From a virus (lineage: Duplodnaviria > Heunggongvirae > Uroviricota > Caudoviricetes): a DNA stretch of 64,000 nt. The stretch lies in the IMG/VR virus record IMGVR_UViG_2675903433_000022; one strand, given 5' to 3'. A model generated the notes under the pieces. That model made no database searches. It saw only the letters and a list, made by a program, of their open reading frames with translations, and was not told where the DNA came from. The position numbers were made by a program, and so were the translations under genes. Position 1 is the stretch's first letter. The number at the start of each line of letters is the position of its first letter. Below are positions 57,846-64,000 of this stretch, in pieces.

Positions 57846-59420
57846 ATGGAATTGAACGACAAACAAATTAAGGATCTGGTGGCGCGACGCCACCCGGAAT
57901 ACGAAAAGAAAAAAGAACATTGGGACTTCCTCGCCAGCACTTACGCTGGCGGGCGTGGTTGGTTTACAGACAATATCTTTCGTTACTTTAAAGAGGGAGA
58001 TCAGGAGTTTAAGGAGCGAGTTGAGCGTGCTTATCGCTTCAACCACACTCGTGAGGTGGTAAACCTCATCAACAAATATCTCTTTAAAGAAGACATTCAT
58101 AGAAATATCGAAGAGGCACCAGAGCAGATCCGCAATTTCTGGAAACGTGCGACTCGCCAGAATGCCTCTATTGACTCATTTATGGCCGCTATTGATTTGC
58201 AGTCGTCTATTTACGGTCGCATATGGGTTGTTGTCGATAGCACGATGAGTGGTGATGTTGAGTCAGTAGCTGACGAGAAAAAGAAAGATGCTCGCGCCTA
58301 CGCCTACTGGATTTCACCTCAGCAAATGCTGGATGTGGCATGGGACGACGACGGGAATATGTTGTGGGCGTTAATTGTGGAAGTCGCTCGTGATGACGCA
58401 GATCCTTTTACTTCTACAGGTCAGGAATACCAACGTTATCGTCTGTGGACACAAAACGAGTGGTATCTGTTCCGTGAGGAAGTGAAGAAGGGCGCTGGTG
58501 GAGCAGGTCGCCGTCAGGCAAAAGTTATTTTAGAGGATAGCGGTGAGCATAATCTCGGCGTAGTTCCTGTGTTTCCTGTTGATTGTATTGGAGAAAGTGA
58601 ATCACCGTATTTCAGCCCATCGTTGATCGATGATATCGCTTATCTTGATCGTGCGGTTGCAAACTATCTGTCAAACCTTGATGCCATTATTCAGGATCAG
58701 ACATTTAGCCAGTTGGCTATACCGGTACAGTCGCTTTTACCTGGTGATGAAAACCACACTAAAGTGCTTGAAATGGGCACAAAGCGAGTCTTCACCTACG
58801 ATTCTGAAGGTGGAAACCAGCCGTTTTATCTGTCACCAGACCCGAAACAAGCTCAGATGATCATCACTACGATTAAGACGGTGATTAACGAAATCTACCA
58901 TTCAGTTGGTGTAGCTGGTGAGCGAACGAAGCAGGACAACGCACAGGGAATCGATAACTCATCTGGTGCCGCAAAAATGTATGACTTCCAGCGTGTAAAT
59001 AGCTTGCTTGTCACAAAAGCAGAGCGTCTGGAAAGGGCTGAACGCCAAATCATGCTACTGGTTGCGAAATGGATGGGGGTAGATCTGGACGAAGACCACT
59101 CTTTAATTGCGTATCCAGAAAGTTTCGATATTCGTGGCCTTACAGATGAATTTTCTGTTGCCGAGAAACTGTCATTACTTCAGGCACCGGACTCTGTACG
59201 TCGTCACCAGATGGAAATGCTTATTGAGAAGATTTTCCCGAACATTACTGAGGCGATGAAAAAGGAATTTGATAAAGATCTCTTGAATTTTCCGCCAAAA
59301 AATGATCTAAATACCCTTGAAAATAAGTCAGTACTTACTTATGATCGTGGTACAGCCCAAGAAAGCGGGCAAGATCAACCCCGAGGGAATGGGGACTCAT
59401 CTACTCAAGAGAACGAGTGA
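57846..59420 (+). CDS. portal protein (putative)
   Basis: 524 aa directly after the large terminase; call by size and synteny. Confidence 0.55.
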   Translation: MELNDKQIKDLVARRHPEYEKKKEHWDFLASTYAGGRGWFTDNIFRYFKEGDQEFKERVERAYRFNHTREVVNLINKYLFKEDIHRNIEEAPEQIRNFWKRATRQNASIDSFMAAIDLQSSIYGRIWVVVDSTMSGDVESVADEKKKDARAYAYWISPQQMLDVAWDDDGNMLWALIVEVARDDADPFTSTGQEYQRYRLWTQNEWYLFREEVKKGAGGAGRRQAKVILEDSGEHNLGVVPVFPVDCIGESESPYFSPSLIDDIAYLDRAVANYLSNLDAIIQDQTFSQLAIPVQSLLPGDENHTKVLEMGTKRVFTYDSEGGNQPFYLSPDPKQAQMIITTIKTVINEIYHSVGVAGERTKQDNAQGIDNSSGAAKMYDFQRVNSLLVTKAERLERAERQIMLLVAKWMGVDLDEDHSLIAYPESFDIRGLTDEFSVAEKLSLLQAPDSVRRHQMEMLIEKIFPNITEAMKKEFDKDLLNFPPKNDLNTLENKSVLTYDRGTAQESGQDQPRGNGDSSTQENE

Positions 59421-59441
59421 TAAGTAACAAAGGGAATTTTT

Positions 59442-60329
59442 ATGAAACTGTGGCAAATGCTTTTGGCCCGTCGTGGTCTGATGGATGTTGCTGAAGCGCA
59501 TGAGCGTGGGGGCGCTGGCGGTGTAGCTGCTGATAATGAGCAGAGTACACAAGATCCTGACAAGCAGGGTGAACAAAAAGAGCAGCCGAAGGGTGATGAC
59601 GAATACGCTGGCATGACTCATGAAGAGTTACTGGTCGAACTTCGCAAAACCAAGAAAGCTGGTGCTGAACTGCTGAAAGAGAACATGAAGCGCAAAGAGA
59701 AAGAGCGCACATTGGCCGATCAGCTTGCTCAGTACGGTGATATCGACCCGGCGCGTGCTCGCCAGCTTTTAGAAGCTGAACAGGCCGCAGAAAACGCACG
59801 TCGTGAGGCGGAGCAAGCTGAACTGGAGCGTCGTGGTGAGTTCGATGCTGTTAAAAAACAGATGATCGAAGCACACCAGGCAGAGCTGGCACAGCGTGAC
59901 GAACGTTATGCAGCACTGGAAAGTGAAAACGCATCACTGAAATCTCAATTAGTCGAGATGACCGTGGGCGCTTCCTTCAGTAACTCTCTCTTCCTACGTG
60001 ACAAAGTTCTGATGACTCCGGCAAAAGCCCGCGTGATCTACGGTTCTCATTTTGAAGTGGGTGAAGACGGTAGCGTAGTGGGTTATGACAAACCGGCAGG
60101 TCATAAAGAACGAGCTGTTCTGGTTGACGGTGAAGGTAAGCCGTTGCCGTTTGAATCCGCGATTGAACGCATTGTGCGGGCAGATCCGGAAGCTGACGCA
60201 TTGATGCGTAGCGAAGCCAAGCAGGGTGTAGGCTCACATTCCAAATCGACCTACACAATATCCCAACCGAAGAACAAGTCGACTATGGATAAGTTGGCCT
60301 CCGGTCTGGGGAAAATTGGACTTAAGTAA
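59442..60329 (+). CDS. scaffolding-like coiled-coil protein (putative)
   Basis: Ala/Glu/Arg-rich predicted coiled coil between the portal and capsid genes. Confidence 0.45.
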   Translation: MKLWQMLLARRGLMDVAEAHERGGAGGVAADNEQSTQDPDKQGEQKEQPKGDDEYAGMTHEELLVELRKTKKAGAELLKENMKRKEKERTLADQLAQYGDIDPARARQLLEAEQAAENARREAEQAELERRGEFDAVKKQMIEAHQAELAQRDERYAALESENASLKSQLVEMTVGASFSNSLFLRDKVLMTPAKARVIYGSHFEVGEDGSVVGYDKPAGHKERAVLVDGEGKPLPFESAIERIVRADPEADALMRSEAKQGVGSHSKSTYTISQPKNKSTMDKLASGLGKIGLK

Positions 60330-60354
60330 CATCTAAATCAAAGGGAATTGATAG

Positions 60355-61230
60355 ATGCCATTACTGCGTGAAGAAGCTGAAAAGCTGTCTAACAACGAAC
60401 TTGAACAGGGTGTGATCGAAACTATCATCGATCGCGATGACCTGTTTGCCATCCTGCCTTTTATGAAAATTAATTCAAAGGCATATCTGTACAACCGTGA
60501 AAAAACGCTGAGTGAAGCTACCTTCATCGACGTTAACGACACCATCCCGGAAGGTGCAGCAACCTTCGAAGAATGCGTTGCGAAACTGCGTATTCTGGCT
60601 GGTGACGTAGACGTTGATAAATTCCTGGCAACCACTATGGCCGACACCAATAACCAGTTGGCTATTCAGGTTCGTCAGAAAGTTAAAGGTCTGGCTCGTG
60701 CGTTCCGTCGCAATCTGATTTTGGGTGACTCCAGCACCAACAACAAAGCGTTTGACGGCATTCCACGCCTGATGCACGCAGATCAGAAGATCGATATCGC
60801 CGGTGCATCTATGACTTTCTCTATGTTCGACGAACTGGTCGATGCGGTGAAAGATCTTGGTGCTGACTGCATCATGATGCGTTCAGAGCACCTTCGTGCT
60901 TACCGTGCGCTGCTGCGTACAGTAAACGTAGGTCCGTCTGAAATCATGATGGAGAACTTCGGTCGTCCGATGCTGTGTCATAACGGCGTTCCGTTCATCA
61001 TCAACGACTTCATCCCGACCGATGCTGGCAAAGCAAGCATCTACTGCCTGCATCTGTCAGAAGAGAACGGCGTTACTGGTCTGTATGGCGGCGACAACGC
61101 AGGTATCGTTGTTGAAAACATTGGTACTGTACAGAACAAAGACGCAGTACGTACCCGTGTGAAGTGGTACTGCTCTCTGGCGAATAAGCACGATAAGGCT
61201 ATCGCTGCACTGACCAATGTAAAAATTTAA
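60355..61230 (+). CDS. major capsid protein (putative)
   Basis: 291 aa after the scaffold-like gene, strong terminator downstream; call by synteny. Confidence 0.5.
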   Translation: MPLLREEAEKLSNNELEQGVIETIIDRDDLFAILPFMKINSKAYLYNREKTLSEATFIDVNDTIPEGAATFEECVAKLRILAGDVDVDKFLATTMADTNNQLAIQVRQKVKGLARAFRRNLILGDSSTNNKAFDGIPRLMHADQKIDIAGASMTFSMFDELVDAVKDLGADCIMMRSEHLRAYRALLRTVNVGPSEIMMENFGRPMLCHNGVPFIINDFIPTDAGKASIYCLHLSEENGVTGLYGGDNAGIVVENIGTVQNKDAVRTRVKWYCSLANKHDKAIAALTNVKI

Positions 61231-61264
61231 TCAGTGTAGTAGATAGGTAGTTATCTATGTTAAA

Positions 61265-61291
61265 GGGTGGGCTATACGCCCACCCTTTTTG
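61265..61291 (+). terminator. rho-independent terminator (GGGTGGGC-tatac-GCCCACCC + T run)
   Basis: Strong GC stem and TTTTT after the capsid gene. Confidence 0.65.
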
Positions 61292-61303
61292 TAGGAGCGA
61301 GAA

Positions 61304-62224
61304 ATGCCAGAACAAAAGATGAAGATTACGGAAGAGGCATTTTCGGATTTTACGGGGCATATGTGCCGTGCCGGATTTACCAATTCTATCTCCGATGAAC
61401 CTTTAACCGAGCGGCAACAAAGTCAGCTATCTGCTTGTTTGCAGGCGGTTCCCCTCTCCCAATCCGTAAACATAACCCCGGCTTCACCGTCAGTTTTGGT
61501 TGGGAAAACTGTTCAACTTAGTGCAGGTATTAGTATGGGTAAGAGTGCCAGTTCATTCACCTGGAAGTCAGCCAATGACCAAATTGCAACCGTTAACGGC
61601 ACTGGATTAGTAACTGGCGTAGCACCAGGCAAAGTAAAAATTACTGCAACTGATCAGGAAACCCAGCTTTCCGCTTCAGTGGAAGTCACCGTAAATCCGG
61701 TAGCCGTTCAATCCGTAACGGTAACGCCAGAATCAACGTCTGTTGAGAAAGGGAAATCAGTCAGTCTGAAAGCGAATGTTCAGCCGTCAAATGCGACGAA
61801 TAAGGCTGTTACCTGGTCTTCCAAAAATGAAGATAAGGCAACGGTAGACCAGAGCGGGAACGTAACTGGTGTAGAAGTTGGCACTGCGACGATTGAGATC
61901 GTTTCCCAAGATGGTAGCAAAAAGGCAACTGCAACGGTGGAAGTAACTGCGCCTGTTGTGGCTGTTACCGGCGTCGAAATCGACCCAAATAGCACAACCG
62001 TTGAGGCAAACAAAACTGTTCAGCTGACCGCAAATGTCGAGCCGGCAGGAGCCACAAATAAAACCGTTACTTGGGAATCCAAAAATACCGAGTTTGCAAC
62101 GGTTGACAGCGAAACCGGTGTTGTAACTGGTGTTGCGGCTGGTACTGCCACAATCGAGGTTACTACCCAAGATGGTAGCCACAAAGCGACAGCAACTGTA
62201 GAAGTTACTGCCGCACAGGAATAA
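61304..62224 (+). CDS. Ig-like (Big_2-type) repeat protein, probable capsid decoration protein
   Basis: Three tandem ~85-aa repeats with the pattern VTVTP.ST.V..GK.V.L.A.V.P..ATNK.VTW.S.....ATVD..G.VTGV..GTATI. Confidence 0.7.
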   Translation: MPEQKMKITEEAFSDFTGHMCRAGFTNSISDEPLTERQQSQLSACLQAVPLSQSVNITPASPSVLVGKTVQLSAGISMGKSASSFTWKSANDQIATVNGTGLVTGVAPGKVKITATDQETQLSASVEVTVNPVAVQSVTVTPESTSVEKGKSVSLKANVQPSNATNKAVTWSSKNEDKATVDQSGNVTGVEVGTATIEIVSQDGSKKATATVEVTAPVVAVTGVEIDPNSTTVEANKTVQLTANVEPAGATNKTVTWESKNTEFATVDSETGVVTGVAAGTATIEVTTQDGSHKATATVEVTAAQE

Positions 62225-62268
62225 CCGATATTGGGCGGCGAAAGCCGCCCAAGTGGAGAGAAAGCGTT

Positions 62269-62703
62269 ATGAAACCAGCAAAAATTGTTTTATTAGAACC
62301 GCAATTTTCCGGTTATTCGGGAATGCTGTGTGGCGTTCAGTTCGAGAACGGGGTATCCGTAGCAGAGTTGCCTTTTATCGACCAGCAGAGGATTTGTGCT
62401 TCAATGCGAGCGTCAACAGTAGAGGGCAAAAATGTTTCTCCGTCTGCCGCATACAGTGATCGTGGTGAATTGACAGCAGACCTGATTACCGAGCCAGCAG
62501 CGCCTGACATTGTGCCAATGAAACGTGGGACACCAGATGAACCGGCCAAACAGATCCAGACTTTCACACGAGAAGAGCTGGAGTCAATTGCAGACAACGA
62601 AGGTATTGCCGGTCTACGAGTTATTGGTAATCAGGTTGGTGTCAAAGCGAAAGGAATTGTCGAAATGATTGAAGGCATCCTGAAAGCACAAGGCGGTGAG
62701 TAA
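62269..62703 (+). CDS. hypothetical structural-region protein
   Basis: Track ORF 144 aa after a hairpin terminator. Confidence 0.45.
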   Translation: MKPAKIVLLEPQFSGYSGMLCGVQFENGVSVAELPFIDQQRICASMRASTVEGKNVSPSAAYSDRGELTADLITEPAAPDIVPMKRGTPDEPAKQIQTFTREELESIADNEGIAGLRVIGNQVGVKAKGIVEMIEGILKAQGGE

Positions 62704-63536
62704 TGGCGCAGATCGACTCGTATCGTAGCGGTGAAGCTGTTTCTCTTTCATTTGCCTTCAACGTGCTGGATATCGAATCTGCCACCTACACAGTAAAGGA
62801 CAGCACCGGGGCTATTCTCGTTGATGGCGAGCCGCTAGAAATTACCAGCGGTCAAATGTCGATTCCGGTTGTCGTGTCGGCTGAATATAACCAGCTCTCT
62901 GAGAAAGAGCGAGATCTGCGGTACGTCATTGTGAAGGCTGTTGCATCGGGCCTGACGCATGAAGAGCGTCAAATGTATGTTCTGCTGAATAGTTTTGAAC
63001 TGTCGATACCAGAACAGTCGTTTGCAACTGTCGCTGATGCTCAAATGCAGGCGATCGATATGCTGAATGGGGACACTTTGCTGTCGGATGGTGAAGGCTT
63101 AATGCGCAAGCGTCTCATTGAGGCTACCAGACGAATTAAAACTTTACCGTTCTCAATCCGCAAAATTCTACGTATCGACTTTGACCGATACGATCGCCCT
63201 CAAAATATGCTGAATGTGTATGACATTCCGTGGGGAGCAGATGGAGCGTACCGGCATGATTTAGTCGATTGGGAAAAGATGACGCAGGAGAAGTTTGAAG
63301 AGTTCCCTGACTACTTCAAAGAAGCGTTGATGCTTGCCGTTGTCAACGAAGCGTGTGAGATCGCAAATGGCAATGATGTTGCCGCAGCACGAGAAGATGG
63401 CATTTTGTCAGAGTCCATCGGTGAAACAACCAACATGTACCGTACCGGCAAAGCTGCAAACGTGCATGTGGCTCGCAGTACCTGGCGCTTGCTGGTCAGT
63501 TACATCAACAACCGTATGATTGTTCGCCGTGCGTAA
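62703..63536 (+). CDS. hypothetical structural-region protein
   Basis: Track ORF 277 aa; start overlaps the upstream stop. Confidence 0.45.
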   Translation: MAQIDSYRSGEAVSLSFAFNVLDIESATYTVKDSTGAILVDGEPLEITSGQMSIPVVVSAEYNQLSEKERDLRYVIVKAVASGLTHEERQMYVLLNSFELSIPEQSFATVADAQMQAIDMLNGDTLLSDGEGLMRKRLIEATRRIKTLPFSIRKILRIDFDRYDRPQNMLNVYDIPWGADGAYRHDLVDWEKMTQEKFEEFPDYFKEALMLAVVNEACEIANGNDVAAAREDGILSESIGETTNMYRTGKAANVHVARSTWRLLVSYINNRMIVRRA

Positions 63537-63615
63537 CGCCAGTCGCATTATTTACTTTTGGTCGAAAGGTTTTTTGGCCAGTAATGAGAGCGACCGACAA
63601 CAACAGGGAGAGAGC

Positions 63616-63960
63616 ATGAATATTTCATGGCAAACAGAAATTGCGATCTACCGCTTTGGCGCAAAGAACGTTTACGGTGAGGCGCAATTACAATTCGTCA
63701 GGAAGACGAATGTCGGCGTGGTTAAGTTCGAACAGAGTAATGAGAAATCGTCAGTTCGTGCTGATAGCTCTGGTAGTCGTGGTAAGGCGAGTCTGGAGCT
63801 GTTTGATGCTGTGTTAGTTGTCCCTTTAGAAGCGGCTGTACAACTTGATGATGTGCTGATCCTTGAAGGTCAAAAATTAAAGGTGTCCAGTGTTCATCGT
63901 CGCTGGGGGCTACGAGGAAGACCAGGGCATCTTGAAGTGGGGGCGAATATATGGGTCTGA
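63616..63960 (+). CDS. hypothetical structural-region protein
   Basis: Track ORF 63520..63960, ATG 63616 after GGGAGAGAG. Confidence 0.4.
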   Translation: MNISWQTEIAIYRFGAKNVYGEAQLQFVRKTNVGVVKFEQSNEKSSVRADSSGSRGKASLELFDAVLVVPLEAAVQLDDVLILEGQKLKVSSVHRRWGLRGRPGHLEVGANIWV

Positions 63961-64000
63961 AATACGATGCGCATCAGTTCAAACGTGCGGGGAATAGACT

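Overview
The window reads as a densely coded, almost entirely plus-strand enterobacterial phage or phage-plasmid segment, not ordinary chromosome. Everything below is from reading the sequence and the ORF track; no database search was run, and coordinates of non-ORF features are accurate to a few bp only. Modules in order: (1) 1-7.7 kb, a partial flap endonuclease, a RecA-family recombinase, a small membrane protein plus SPFH lipoprotein pair, and small hypothetical genes; (2) 7.7-9.6 kb, a P1-type plasmid replicon: 12 iterons, a minus-strand RepA-like gene, 5 more iterons, then a GATC cluster and DnaA-box-like site; (3) 10.6-23.6 kb, recombination and nucleotide-metabolism genes (SbcD/SbcC-like, RuvC-like, NrdA, NrdB, thymidylate synthase, DHFR, P-loop kinase, DnaQ-like exonuclease); (4) 24.7-38.5 kb, an accessory region with two DNA methyltransferases, RNase H, a 46-N assembly gap, a TerB-like protein and a ClpX zinc-binding-domain look-alike; (5) 38.6-42.4 kb, a LexA-box-controlled UmuD'-like gene followed by host-type apbC(mrp) and metG; (6) 42.4-47.8 kb, a repeat-rich region with a G-poor A/C-rich tract and tandem GGGAAACGGC repeats; (7) 47.9-52.5 kb, a minus-strand block including an SF2 helicase; (8) 52.5-64 kb, a ParB-ParB-ABC ATPase-GNAT-wHTH operon followed by terminase, portal, scaffold-like, capsid and Ig-like decoration genes. 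Two palindromic motif families (AAACAAnTTGTTT and TAGGTAAGT..ACTTACCTA) and a conserved GGAAAAACACATG initiation context recur in intergenic regions across the element, including on both sides of the host-like island. The candidates I would prioritise as possibly undescribed are the ParB-ParB-ABC ATPase-GNAT operon, the ClpX-ZBD look-alike, the embedded apbC-metG island and the motif/repeat systems; none can be confirmed from sequence alone.
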